Shown: piece after piece, positions 9,242 to 20,466 of the stretch | Numbering within the stretch: position 1 is the stretch's first letter | Layout: each line of letters opens with the position of its first letter | Assembly (NCBI GenBank): GCA_963728565.1 | Contig: CAVSLC010000013.1 | Location: forward strand, 64,001-128,000 | Length of the DNA stretch: 64,000 nt | DNA from: an uncultured delta proteobacterium | GTDB lineage: Bacteria; Desulfobacterota; Binatia; UBA9968 | Direction of reading: 5' to 3' | Program-made: the position numbers and the translations under genes | Notes under the pieces: model-generated | The model's database searches: none | The model's input: only the letters and a program-made list of their open reading frames with translations | Told to the model about the DNA's origin: nothing

Positions 9242-10174
9242 TTAAGCCTCGCGAAAATACTTTAAATAAATTTCTTCCAGAGTCGGATCTTCAGATCGCA
9301 GCTGTAACAAAGGAAGGCCTTTGGTTGTTACAAGGGAAACGAGTTCCGGCCTGACGTCTTTGGTGCAGCGCAGAAACCACCCTTGGCTGCGTTTTTCGAT
9401 TTCATCGATGCCGTCGATAGCTTGAAGGTTTCGCTCAAGGCCGTCCCGATTACCGCCGACCTCAAACAAGAAGTTCCACTGTCGGCCCTTGAGAATCGCT
9501 CTCCCGAGCTCATCCATCTCACCTTGTACGATGAGGCGACCTTTGACGATGATACCCACTCGATTACAAATTTGCTGCACCTGCTGCAACTGGTGCGATG
9601 AAAGCATGACAGTCAAGTTGTGATCCCGATTGAGATTCTTGATCATTTCAAGAATGCGGATCGCGCCGTCGGGGTCGATTCCCAACGTCGGCTCGTCCAA
9701 AATGATCGCTATCGGATTTTTAACCAGAACTTCGGCAATGCCCAGCCTTTGCTTCATTCCGCGGGAAAATTCGCGAACCAAGCGTTGGCCATCTTCACTC
9801 AGGCCAACCTGCTCCAACACTTCGGCGGTTCGGCGTTGCGCTTCCTTTTCCGGAATGCGATTCAGGCGAGCCATATAGAGAAGGTTTTCTTTAGCGCTTA
9901 TGTCGTCATAGAACCCTGGATTTTCCGGCAGGTATCCGACTCGCTTTTTAACCTCCAGAGGTTCATGCGTGGGGTTATACCCGCACACCGATAATTGTCC
10001 TGAAGTTGGTTCGGTGAGTCCCAACAGCATCAGGATCGTGGTTGTCTTGCCGGCGCCGTTAGGACCCAGGAAGCCGAAAACTTCTCCCTGTTGGACCGAC
10101 AGAGTTAGCGAATTGACGGCAAGCTTTTCGCGGTATCGCTTGGTCAAATTCTTGGTGTCGACAACTGCGCTCAT
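9242..10174 (-). CDS. ABC transporter ATP-binding protein
   Basis: Walker A GPNGAGKTT, signature FSRGMKQR, Walker B IILDEP, SSH switch. Confidence 0.92.
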   Translation of the reverse strand: MSAVVDTKNLTKRYREKLAVNSLTLSVQQGEVFGFLGPNGAGKTTTILMLLGLTEPTSGQLSVCGYNPTHEPLEVKKRVGYLPENPGFYDDISAKENLLYMARLNRIPEKEAQRRTAEVLEQVGLSEDGQRLVREFSRGMKQRLGIAEVLVKNPIAIILDEPTLGIDPDGAIRILEMIKNLNRDHNLTVMLSSHQLQQVQQICNRVGIIVKGRLIVQGEMDELGRAILKGRQWNFLFEVGGNRDGLERNLQAIDGIDEIEKRSQGWFLRCTKDVRPELVSLVTTKGLPLLQLRSEDPTLEEIYLKYFREA

Positions 10175-11409
10175 CGCCGTCCCAAACGAAAAAACACGAT
10201 CACAAGCCCAAGGACTACCAATGCAACGATTCCAAACCCCACCCAGCCCCAGAGAGTCGGGGTTGAGACCGTCACCCGAAACTCCACGGAGCGGTTAACC
10301 TCAGGAGAGTTCGCCGTCAAGGTCATCAAGTAGTCGCCGGCAATGGTTCGCTCCGGCGCCAGGATATCCATTTTTATCTCTCGGACTTCACCTGGGTTCA
10401 AAGCATCGAGTTTGTCGGGTCTGAATTCTACCGTCCACTTGTCGCTGGGTTTCTTGCTGATGAAATTAAGGTTACGAATCGGCGCCGTACCGGCATTGGC
10501 AACCACAAAATCAACCGGGGTTCGATTGCCGGCGGTCACTGAAGTGTTGAGAGTGCCGGCCAAGGAGCCCATTTTAAGGTCTTGGGTTCCTTTAAGATTT
10601 ACCTTCAGATCCGCACTGGCTTCGAAAGCTCCTGATCGAGCCACAATCGTCACCGGCTGCTCTTTAGCATCAGCATTGGCGGGCGTGTCGATCTCAACAG
10701 CAACGGTTTCGGAACCATTTTCTTTCAAAAGGATTGACGAATATTGTGTATCACCAAACTGTGGTTTGAAACGAACCGCCCAGCCGGGTGGTGTCTGCGC
10801 CGTCAGTGACACCGGCAACGGTTTGTTAGTTTCGTTTTTCAGATCGATCGTGAACTTAAGCGTTTGACCGGAAGGCGCTGTCAGAACCGGATACTGACTG
10901 GTGAGTCTTAACCCGCCAGTAGCGACTTTGGCGGAAGTTACACGGAAGTTGATTATGTCGGAGTAAGAGGTTGTTCCCTCGCTGTCCTTGGCAACAACCT
11001 TGACATCGTAATTTCCCGGCTTGGTGTTTTGAGGAACTTTGCTCTTGAATTCAATGGTTGTGGATTTTTCTCCCTGAACCGTGACCGAGCGAACCGGGTA
11101 ACTGGGGTACCTCGAATTGAAGTTCGCTTCCCAACCCTTGGGGATCGACTCCAGGGACAGATTGACCTCGACCGGATTTTTAGTCCGATTCACAACCTCT
11201 GTATCCATCGTGACTTCCTGTCCTTGTCCGACGGTTAAATCCTTGTACGGGATGATCAGATTGAAGCTCTCTTTTGAGGAGGCCGCGTCTTTCTGTTCAG
11301 TCTTTTCGGCGGCGAGTACTGAGGGCTCGAGGGAACTAGAGCAAAGTAGAAACCACGAGAGCAGCACAAGTATCCTTCGCGGGTGCACACGTAGACGCAC
11401 AAACCTCAT
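10171..11409 (-). CDS. Membrane-anchored protein with repeated NEW3/Ig-like domains, ABC-associated
   Basis: Signal peptide, three beta-rich repeats (P.GW.V.F, PG.Y, AGDY), C-terminal TM helix ending in GRR; overlaps the ATPase start. Confidence 0.7.
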   Translation of the reverse strand: MRFVRLRVHPRRILVLLSWFLLCSSSLEPSVLAAEKTEQKDAASSKESFNLIIPYKDLTVGQGQEVTMDTEVVNRTKNPVEVNLSLESIPKGWEANFNSRYPSYPVRSVTVQGEKSTTIEFKSKVPQNTKPGNYDVKVVAKDSEGTTSYSDIINFRVTSAKVATGGLRLTSQYPVLTAPSGQTLKFTIDLKNETNKPLPVSLTAQTPPGWAVRFKPQFGDTQYSSILLKENGSETVAVEIDTPANADAKEQPVTIVARSGAFEASADLKVNLKGTQDLKMGSLAGTLNTSVTAGNRTPVDFVVANAGTAPIRNLNFISKKPSDKWTVEFRPDKLDALNPGEVREIKMDILAPERTIAGDYLMTLTANSPEVNRSVEFRVTVSTPTLWGWVGFGIVALVVLGLVIVFFRLGRR

Positions 11410-11490
11410 ATCAAAAACCCCCTAAGGTGCGAAATTTGGTGCCATAAATAACCATATTAATTCTTAGGGTCAAGAGCTTGCGGCGTAAAG

Positions 11491-11949
11491 TTAAACTTTT
11501 CCCAGCTGCCGTAATCCTTCATACAGAACGATAGACACGGCGTTGGAGAGATTCAAACTCCGAACACCCTCACCAGCCATGGGTATCCGATAGGAAGAAT
11601 CCGAGTTGGCGTCCAGCAAGTGTTGAGGCAAGCCCCGCGTCTCGGGCCCGAAGACTAGATAGTGTTCTTCTTTGTAGCGTGCTCTGGTATAGGATCTCAC
11701 CGCCCGTTTAGAAAAGTAGAGCAACCGTTTCACCGGCGCTGCCGCTACGAACTCATCCCAGGATTTGTGTACCCGCAGATCGACGAACTGCCAGTAATCA
11801 AGGCCGGCGCGCTTGAGGTGACGGTCATCGATTTTAAATCCGAGTGGTTCGATCAAATGGAGAGGGGTCAGCGTAGCTGCGCAAAGCCGAGCTATGCTGC
11901 CGGTATTCGGTGGGATCTCGGGTTGAAACAAAACTACGTGCATGTTCAA
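11491..11949 (-). CDS. trmL: tRNA (cytidine/uridine-34-2'-O)-methyltransferase
   Basis: PEIPPNTGSIARLC, LKRAGLDYW, FGPETRGLP, RSLNLSN. Confidence 0.93.
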   Translation of the reverse strand: MNMHVVLFQPEIPPNTGSIARLCAATLTPLHLIEPLGFKIDDRHLKRAGLDYWQFVDLRVHKSWDEFVAAAPVKRLLYFSKRAVRSYTRARYKEEHYLVFGPETRGLPQHLLDANSDSSYRIPMAGEGVRSLNLSNAVSIVLYEGLRQLGKV

Positions 11950-12383
11950 CTCTCCAAAACAAAGGTAACCGGCCCATCGTTGACCAGCGAGACCTTCATT
12001 CTGGCTTGGAACTGGCCGGTGGCAACTGAGATTCCGGCATCCCGCAGCCGCCCTATGAAATGATTGTAGATTTTTTCGGCATGAGCCAAGGGCGCCGCAT
12101 CTGTGAAAGACGGGCGATTGCCCTTTTTATAGGTGGCGTAAAGCGTAAATTGGGAGACAACCAGTACCTCGCCGCGGGCAGCCACTAAAGATAGATTCAT
12201 TTTGCCTTTTTGGTCTTCGAATATGCGAAGATTTTTAATTTTGTCTGACAGGAAGTCGGCGTCCGCTACTTCATCATCTCGGCTCACACCCAGTAAAATG
12301 CACAGGCCCGATGTTATCCCCCCGACGAGGTCTTCGCCGACGGTAACCTGGGCTTTTGTGACCCTTTGAATGACGGCGCGCAC
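11946..12383 (-). CDS. dtd: D-aminoacyl-tRNA deacylase
   Basis: MRAVIQRV, VSQFTL, NDGPVT. Confidence 0.95.
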   Translation of the reverse strand: MRAVIQRVTKAQVTVGEDLVGGITSGLCILLGVSRDDEVADADFLSDKIKNLRIFEDQKGKMNLSLVAARGEVLVVSQFTLYATYKKGNRPSFTDAAPLAHAEKIYNHFIGRLRDAGISVATGQFQARMKVSLVNDGPVTFVLES

Positions 12384-12603
12384 GGTTCCCTTGTTAATCT
12401 AAAAAGCTTATGCGACCACGGAGGCGGGTTCTAGTAAAGATTGGCAGCAAAAGACACTGCGAGCAGTGGTAACAGAGAAATGGACGAGTCTCAACAGCTA
12501 TAACCAAAACACGGATCCGGTTTGATATGAGAGCGGCCGAATCGAGTGGAAATCCCGCGCACGAGCTTCCAGAGTATAGGTCCGCGCGGGTGCGGGAGAT
12601 AAG

Positions 12604-13357
12604 ATGAACCCAATCAAGACTCCGCGTATGCTGATAACTGTTTGTGATCGTGTTCAACGCCGGCATTGCCACCGTCGCGTGGGCCAACTTCGAGTTCAAT
12701 GCGGCGCCGCTGATTTCCAGCAATGGGCAACTCCGGGGGGCCGTTTTGCTTTCAGGTAAATACCAAGCGCCAGCTCCGCTCAAAGTGGTAAAGAGCCGCA
12801 GCTTTTGTGGCTTGACGGTGCCTAACGAAACATTGTTGGTGGATCGGCGCGGTGGGGTCCGCAACGCCGTGGTTATTCTTCGCCCCCTCGATCGAACCGT
12901 GAACACTCATCCTGGCAGGATTTTATTAGACAACAAACAATGCGCATTTACACCGCACGTGCAAATCGCCGGCATCGGAAGCGAGTTGCTCCTCAAAAAC
13001 AGTGATCCGATTCTCCATACGGTTCATGCGCGGCTCGGCAACGAGACGCTTTTCAATGTGGGTTTGCCCCGGTGGCGGCAGGTCTCCAAAATTCTCGACC
13101 GGTTGGGTGTCGTCAGAATAGACTGCGATGTGCTCCATACCTGGATGAGCGCAGCTATCGTGGTGGTTTCAACCCCGTATGTCGCGGTCAGCGGCGAGAG
13201 TGGGTTATTCAGTATCGAGGATATTCCTGCAGGAAAGTATGACGTTGAGATCTGGCATGAGGTCCTCGGCATTAAGAAGGCGCAAATCTCAGTTCCCCAA
13301 AGCGCGACGATTTTTCTGGACGCTATCTATGGCCGGATCCCCGAGATGAAGTCCTAG
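12604..13357 (+). CDS. Exported cupredoxin-like / carboxypeptidase-regulatory-like domain protein (start uncertain, probable 5' frameshift near 12640)
   Basis: CAFTPHV, NSDPILHTVH, CDVLHTWM and G.F.IEDIPAGKYDVEIWHE match the known cupredoxin + CarboxypepD_reg architecture. Confidence 0.6.
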
Positions 13358-13395
13358 GTTTAATAGTCGTTGTCTCTCCGGTATGATCGTTTTTC

Positions 13396-14180
13396 ATGTA
13401 CCCAATTCTCTTCCAATTCGGTCCCATAACGATTTACAGCTTCGGCGCCTTCATGGCGCTGGCGGCGCTATCGGCCGCTTGGGTGGTTCACTCCGAGCTA
13501 AAAAGGCGAGGTTACAATCCCGACCTGGCGTCTTCGATGGTCTTTTCCGCGGCCATCGGCGGACTCATCGGCGCCCGGCTTTTGTTCATCCTGGGTGACT
13601 GGAATAATTTTTTAGCTTCTCCCTCAAGCTACATTTTTACCGGTGCCGGATTTACCTGGTACGGCGGATTGTTTGGTGGCGCCGTGGCGGTATCTTGGAT
13701 TGTCAGGAAAAATGAAATTCCATGGCTCGTCGGCGCGGATATTGCCGCTCCAGCCTTGGCTATCGCCTATGGCGTCGGCCGCCTGGGTTGCCACTTCGCC
13801 GGAGACGGCGACTGGGGTTTGATCACCGACGTGCCTTGGGGTGTTGCGTATATTAACGCGATCATCTGGTTGGGTTGATCCGATGACGGGAGTTCCTTAT
13901 CCACCCGGCGTCCGCGTGCATCCCACGCCTATCTACGAATTTATACAATCACTAGTTATCTTCGGAATCTTCTGGAGCATTAAGAACAAGGGACTCGCCC
14001 CTGGGACAATAGCGTGGCTTTATCTTAGTATTGGCGGGCCTTGCGCGGTTTACCATTGAATTTTGGCGCGTCAATCCGATCTTGGCGGCCGGTCTTAGCG
14101 AGGCTCAGTGGATCAGTCTGATTCTAATGGCAATCGGATTGGTTATGTTGGCATCGCGCCGGGTCCGGCTTGCCTATTGA
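13396..14180 (+). CDS. lgt: Prolipoprotein diacylglyceryl transferase (frameshifts near 13867 and 14029)
   Basis: MYPILFQFGP, GFTWYGG, GRLGC, HPTPIYE and RFTIEFWR recovered across three frames. Confidence 0.88.
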
Positions 14181-14284
14181 AAGTTGTCGGACAGCGGCAG
14201 CGGTGCGGCCTGAATTGAAAATTCCGGAGGATCGTCCCGTGCCCAATGCACGTTCTTTTGGTAATTGGGTCACGATCTTTTCTG

Positions 14285-15402
14285 CTACCAATTGGCGGAC
14301 ATCACCTGGCAAACCGCTCGATAAGTAGCGACATCGTCCTTGCCGGATTCAATCAGGTGCTGTTTGCAGACATGCCTGCACAATGCGATCGCAGCCTGAC
14401 ATACGATCATCGACTTTCCGTTTTTGGTTAGATGGCCGCTCACTCTGCCGTGACGCAGAAATACGGTCTCTTCCGGATGATAGATCAAATCGTAAAAGCG
14501 AACATTTTGCGGTATGGTTTGAGCTAAAGTCATGGACGCTTGATTGTTCGCATCGATATCGGCCTGCGCTGCGCGCAGCCAATCCTGTCGGGTTTGTGGG
14601 TCATCGAAATCGGCTTGAGAGATTGATGCCGGATGAGCGGACGCCAAAGCCGAGTACGCTTCCAAGGTGGTAAGTTTGCCGTTCGGCAACTTACGAATTC
14701 CTCCTTGCCCCTTGGTGGTGGAGTTAACGATCAAGCCGACTCGACGCGCCCAATCACCGATTTCAGTTTCGTCGATAGCTTTAACTCGCCGGTCATTTTT
14801 TTGGATTTCTGATGCCAGGCGACATGGCATGATCCAGGCTTCGGTTGGCGATTATTAACTGGCCATCATTCAGCCTATCCGATAGCTCGAAGGCGACGGC
14901 GCGTGCCGAACCGCCTGCACCCAAGAGCAAGACATCGGTTTTTGCCAGGGAAGGCATGAATGATTCAGTCTGCTCCGCCAGCGGGGTCAGCAAACTTTCA
15001 ATGAACCCCTCGCCATCGGTATTGTATCCGACAAGTTTGCCGGAGGAGGTTCTGACGATGGTGTTGACCGCTTGAACCCGATCGGCCCCCGCTTCAATCT
15101 CGTCTAAAAAATCCATAATTCTAATTTTATGCGGCACCGTGACATTGATTCCTAGAAAGTTATCTAGACCTTTCAAGGTGGCAATTAGCTCACCTAAGCG
15201 AGGCTCAGCGACATCGAAAGGTAGGTAGATCCCGTTAATGCCCAGATAATCGAATGCCGCATTCCATAGAGCGGGGCTTTTTGAATAGAAAGACGGCGCG
15301 TCACCGACGATCCCGGCGATTGCTTTATCGCCAATTAGGCTGGCGATCGATCCGATTAGTAATGCAACTTTGAATGGCAGCGATTTGTTTGCGAAATGTC
15401 AT
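14285..15402 (-). CDS. aroE: Shikimate dehydrogenase family protein (frameshifts near 15345 and 14820)
   Basis: SKSPALWNAAF, GINVTVPHK, AVNTI, GYNTDGEGF, LGAGGSARA, NRS, DLIYHP, MIVCQA. Confidence 0.82.
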
Positions 15403-15474
15403 GGCAAATAGCTCGTGGCCCTGTAGTTAGACTTAGGGGCGGATTTCGGCAGGCCCGGAGCTCGTTGAAATCGG

Positions 15475-16903
15475 CTATATGCCGTTTTTGATCGCTAGTC
15501 TATTGTCGGAATAGCACAGCAGCGACTTGCGGTTATCGAGAATCGTCTCCAAAGCGACTTCGTGACCCCACAGCTGGTTTAAATATTGAAGCGTTTTCTC
15601 GGCATACTCCAGTTGCAGATCTCGTCCATCATGATGGTGCCTGAGGAACAGCGTCCGGTTCTTATTATAATCGGCATCTTCAATTTTGATCACGGGAATG
15701 GTGCTGGTGCCGACATTTTGAATCAAAGTTTCTTTGATCTGACGCCAATTAAGATCATCCGCGACTCGGCTGACGACTTGTTCATTACCCCGCGTTCGAT
15801 ACTCGAATAAGATTGAGTTCTCGCACCAGCTCTTCGGTTAGATAGCGCCGGATAAAGGAGGCATCACGCTCGACTTCTCGCACCTCGAAAAGTTTTTCCG
15901 CGCCGCTTTTATTTCGTCGGCCGTACTGTTTCTCATCCTCGGCAGAGGGGTGATCCCAGCGTTTTTCGATATTTTCCCAGATCTTCATGCCGACGTGATA
16001 CGGATTTAAGCCACCAGGACTTGGTCGTAACACCTGCGCATGCCGGACCAGAAATTCCAGGTGCAGGTTCTGCGGCAGCTCCAGGGTTTCAAGAATTCGT
16101 TTGTGCCAAAAGCTCGCCCAACCTTCATTCATGATTTTGGTTTCGATTTGCGGGATGAAATACTGAGATTGCTCATGCACGATGGTTAAAAGATCCTTCT
16201 CCCAATCAGCCAAATGCGGATTATGGTCGCGGATAAAGATCAAAAGATCTTCTTCCGGGTACAAAGGAACTTTATTGAGATCCGGAGAAACATAATCTTG
16301 CCGCCGATGGATCGCGCCAAATGGATCCGCTGGCGGTTGCGCTTCCTGCACTTTGGTTTCTATTTGTTCCTCGGCGGATAGCTTGCGAATAGACAGGTTG
16401 CGGCGGCACTGAAGTGACAGTGCGTGCGCCGCATCGAGAATACGTTCAATTCGTTCCAATCCGATACTCGGATCCTCTACGTAATGCCGCACTCGATTTG
16501 CATGGCTTTTGAAAGTTTCAATGGTATATTGTGCGCGCGTGGCGCCGAACGTGAAATTATTCTTGAAAAAATCGTTGTGTCCGTATACGTGGGCAATAGT
16601 GAGGACCTGCAAAGCCAGGCTGTTATCCCGCATCAAATAAGCAATCGAAGGATTGGAGTTGATTACCATTTCATAAGGCAGTCCGCTCACACCATACTCG
16701 TATAGTGTCTTTAATTTTTCGAAACTTTTTCCGTAAGACCAATGGGGATAATGAGAGGGCATGCCGGAGTAAACCATATAAGTAAGCATGTCCTCATGAT
16801 CACAGATCTCGAACTCTTGAGGGTAAGGGTCGAGTCCGAACTTATGAACGATCTCAACGATTCGACTGTTCCAAACTTCCAGATCTTCGATCGTATAATC
16901 CAT
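15475..16903 (-). CDS. spoVR: SpoVR/YcgB family protein (frameshift near 15808)
   Basis: GMPSHYPHWSYGK, YEMVINSNP, AHVYGHNDFFKNN, PQIETKIMNEGWASFWH, NPYHVG. Confidence 0.9.
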
Positions 16904-16928
16904 AGACAGAAGCTACATACCTAAACCG

Positions 16929-18150
16929 CTACGCCGCATCCTCCCGACTGCGGTCCTTGGCCAGAAAAGTCTTAAACGATGTCCAGATATCCTCCTTCCG
17001 ATGAATTTGCAGCGTTTGGAAGTTCGGCTCGTCCAACTGCGAAAATAGGGGAATCAAGCTGCTGCCATAGTAGCCCGCTCCCAGCGGTTTGATCTCACCA
17101 TAGCCGAACAGATTAGAGGACCGGGCCAATTCCGTGGCTGCCTTGAGGGCGGCCGGATTGTCCGATTCAAAATTGTCGCCGTCTGAACAATGGAAAACAT
17201 ACACGTTCCACAGCGCGGGATGAAATCGCTCGTTGATAATCTCCAGCGCCTTATTGTAACCGGAAGAAATAAAGGTACCGCCGGATTCGCCCTTGTGAAA
17301 GAAATCTTCCTCGCTAACTTCCTGCGCCTCCGTGTGATGGGCAATAAAAACAATTTCTACATTTTGATAGCGCGTGCTGATGAACTGATACAGAATAAAA
17401 AAGAAACTTCGCGCCAGGTATTTCTTCATTGTATCCATGGAACCGGAGGTATCCATGATGCACAAAACAACGGCATTAGACTCGCGTCGCAAGTCGCTCA
17501 CTGAATGGTGGTAACGCAAATCGTCTTTATGGAAAGGAAATCGGCTACGTGCCCCTATGAGATCTCTACGCTGAGAGGCCTTCTTACGTTTCAAACGCGA
17601 TCGAGCCGTCCGTTTTTTATCCAAACGCACGCGAACGCCTTTGCGCCGGTATCCTTTTTGACGAAACTGCTTCTCAACTTCGATTTGCCGTAGCCGTTTG
17701 CGCTCCAGGTCCGGCAGCTCCAGATCCTCAAACATCAATTCGATAAGCTCATCGAGGCGAACATCGGTTTCATAGTAATCGACGCCCGGCTGATCTCCAG
17801 GCTGCCCAGGTTGCTTTCCTTTTTCCCCCTGACCGACAACTTGTCCAGGCTGCGGTTCTTGGTCACCTCCTTGGCCGACTCCGGGCGCGTTATCACCATA
17901 GACAAACCGGTATTCCTTAACTCCGCGAATCGGGACTTTGATAATGCGATTATTGTCTTTGCCGATGATGGATTCTTCGGCAATGATATCGGCGATATTA
18001 TTTCTGATAGCCTCCCGGACCTTCTGCCGGTGCCGCAGCCGATCCCCTGCGCTGCGATCACTACGCTGCCCCGAGGACGAGTTGTACGGACGGAAGATGG
18101 TCTCGGCGATCCGAACAATGCCGGCTTTGTGGGTCCCGCGTGACCGTCAT
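16929..18150 (-). CDS. YeaH/YhbH (DUF444) vWA-like protein (frameshifts near 18110 and 17756)
   Basis: DRSAGDRLRHRQKVREAI, KVPIRGVKEYRFVYG, CIMDTSGSM, ESGGTFISS, SDGDN; lies between prkA and spoVR. Confidence 0.88.
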
Positions 18151-18154
18151 GATC

Positions 18155-20089
18155 TCAGTCCTTCCAAAGATTGTTGGCGGCGTACTTGAGAATGACGTCG
18201 ACGCAACTCGGGCAGTAGCCGTTCTCGAGCAGATTCTTGACCATAACGTTATACTTTTCAGATTGTTCCTCGTCACGCATCCGTGATTTCGTAATAACGC
18301 GGCTGAGATCTCGCACCGAGGTGATGAGCTTTTTCTCGATAGCCTCCTTTAATGGTTCATAGCTTCTGTAATCGATTTTTTCGCCGCGTCGGTTTGCCGC
18401 CCAAAGATAAGCGATGACTTCTTGACGGAAACCGTCGGCGGCAGAGCCGATGATCGCGATCTGTTCCTCTATAGACTTCATAAAGCTCTCGTCAGGCGAG
18501 AGCTCTTCCTTGGTGTTTCGGTCTTTGACCTTGCTTTTGTTGACATAGGCTTCAGCATGATCCAGATAGTTCTGGAAAAGCGCTTCAGCTTGTTCCTGAT
18601 AGGAGTATACGAAGGCGCGGGTAATCTCTTTCTCTAAGATCTCCAGATATTCCTTGTGCAGCGCATCCTGCAACAATTCGAGGTACTGCTTCCTGGTATC
18701 GTCGGGAAGATCGGCTTCCTTCACCATATTGATCAATGCCTCGCGCACGTTGATTGGATTGATGCAGTTTCCGGTAGTGTTATCCGATAAGGCGTTGTCC
18801 AAAGCTTTCATGATGAATCGCGTCGAGATGCCGGACAGACCTTCTCGCTTGACGCCTTCTTTGAGCTCCTGAACGTCGACCTTTTTGCTTCGGCCTTTTT
18901 CGACGACCTCTTCACCATTGTAGAGGCGCAACTTCGTCATCAGATCGCATTTGTTGGTCGGCTCTAGACGCGAAAGGATAGCAAACATCGAGGCCATCTC
19001 CAGGGTGTGAGGGGCGACATGAGCGCGAAAATCCGAGTGGCGGATGATTTTTTGGTAGATCTTCACTTCCTCTGAGAGCCGCAAATTATAAGGCACCCGG
19101 ATAACCACGATACGATCGAGAATCGCTTCATTGGTGTGGTCGGCCTTGAACTTCTGCCATTCGGCCTCGTTGGAATGAGCGATGATAACCGTGTCGACGT
19201 AAACCAATCCATGCCGTCCGGGAGCCGGCACAACTTTCTCCTGAGTCGCGGTGATCATGCAGTGGAGATATTCGATCTCGTTCTTGAACACTTCTATGAA
19301 CTCGACCATTCCTCGGTTGCCGACGTTCAAAGCACCATTTAGCTCAAGAACGCGCGGGTCTCCTTCAGAATAAAGATCCAGCTTGGAGATATCCTCGCTG
19401 CCGATGAGCACCGAAGTATCCTGATTGTTCGGATCCACCGGCGGGACAACGCCGATACCGACACGCGAGCGCTTGGAAAACTCGATAGTGGAAACCGGAA
19501 ACTCTTCGTACTTTCCGGCGTACTCGTGTTGTAGCTTGAACCGGCAGACTGGGCAGAGATCGCCTTCAATGTGCACTCCCAGCATCTTTTCAAACTCTTT
19601 GCGCAGGTGGCGGGGAATCAAATGAAGAGGCTCTTCGAACATCGGGCAACCTTCGATAGCGTAAAAGGGCGGGCTTTCTTCGAGACCCCGATGAAGTTTT
19701 TCGACCAGCGAGCTCTTACCCGAACCCACCGGTCCCATGAGGTAGAGGACTTGGCGGCTTTCTTCGCCCTTGAGCGAAGCCGCGTGGAAATACCGAACAA
19801 TTTGCGAAATGGTCTTTTCGATGCCGAAGAACTCGTCGGCGAAGAAGTCGTAAACTTTTATCGATTCGTCTTTGTAAATGCGTTTGCCGTGTGGATCGTC
19901 GTCTACGTTGATATCTCTGACTCCGGCTTTTATGAGTACGTCATACAGTCGCGCATGAGCCAGCCTAGCCACGCTCGGATCCTCTTTGACTTTATCGAGA
20001 TATCCGAGCAGATTTCCGCGCCATGATTGGCTTTGGTGCAGATCTCTATCCTTTTGAATGAGTGCTTGGAATTCTTTGTTATGGTCCAT
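18155..20089 (-). CDS. prkA: PrkA/YeaG serine protein kinase (AAA+ family)
   Basis: LMGPVGSGKSS, GNRGMVEFIEVFK, HSNEAEW, NEAILDR, VPYNL, APHTLE. Confidence 0.93.
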   Translation of the reverse strand: MDHNKEFQALIQKDRDLHQSQSWRGNLLGYLDKVKEDPSVARLAHARLYDVLIKAGVRDINVDDDPHGKRIYKDESIKVYDFFADEFFGIEKTISQIVRYFHAASLKGEESRQVLYLMGPVGSGKSSLVEKLHRGLEESPPFYAIEGCPMFEEPLHLIPRHLRKEFEKMLGVHIEGDLCPVCRFKLQHEYAGKYEEFPVSTIEFSKRSRVGIGVVPPVDPNNQDTSVLIGSEDISKLDLYSEGDPRVLELNGALNVGNRGMVEFIEVFKNEIEYLHCMITATQEKVVPAPGRHGLVYVDTVIIAHSNEAEWQKFKADHTNEAILDRIVVIRVPYNLRLSEEVKIYQKIIRHSDFRAHVAPHTLEMASMFAILSRLEPTNKCDLMTKLRLYNGEEVVEKGRSKKVDVQELKEGVKREGLSGISTRFIMKALDNALSDNTTGNCINPINVREALINMVKEADLPDDTRKQYLELLQDALHKEYLEILEKEITRAFVYSYQEQAEALFQNYLDHAEAYVNKSKVKDRNTKEELSPDESFMKSIEEQIAIIGSAADGFRQEVIAYLWAANRRGEKIDYRSYEPLKEAIEKKLITSVRDLSRVITKSRMRDEEQSEKYNVMVKNLLENGYCPSCVDVILKYAANNLWKD

Positions 20090-20437
20090 GCCAGAAGCTC
20101 CCCTTTCTGGAGAAAAGTTTATCGCGCGGATTTAGCGACGATGTTGGTAGAGATAAGCGGCCAAAATTGACGATGGATGAAAAAGACCTGTAGCCAGGCT
20201 GTAGGATAGGCGCAGAGAGCAGAAACGATTTTTCCCAGACGTGCTTCACGTTAGGCCGAAAGCTGGAAATACGTGTGCGGTATTGCGCTGAGGGCTGTAA
20301 AGCGAGAACCGGGAAAAGTTAATGGCTTGCAATCGACCTCCGTTAACCCAACGTGCTGGTCTTCTCAGCCCATGCTCTTTAACTTAGACGAGGCCAAAGA
20401 GCAGTTTCTTCATTCTTACCCGCTGCTTACACTCAAC

Positions 20438-20466
20438 ATTGAAGCGCCGTTTGCCCGCAATGTCAA
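20438..20466 (-). promoter_or_regulatory. sigma70-type promoter for the prkA operon
   Basis: Minus strand TTGACA-N17-TTCAAT. Confidence 0.45.

Noticed and set aside
11427-11444. sigma54-like TGGCAC...TTCGC on the minus strand upstream of the NEW3 gene
   Set aside because: GG-to-GC spacing is 11 rather than 10, and the implied TSS would fall at or past the RBS.
15475-20089. prkA-yhbH-spoVR as a novel system
   Set aside because: It is a well-known, widely conserved three-gene module.
20340-20410. GCTGAGA resembling a TPP riboswitch in the prkA leader
   Set aside because: The downstream ACCTGA and TAATxCCxGCGxAGG elements are missing.
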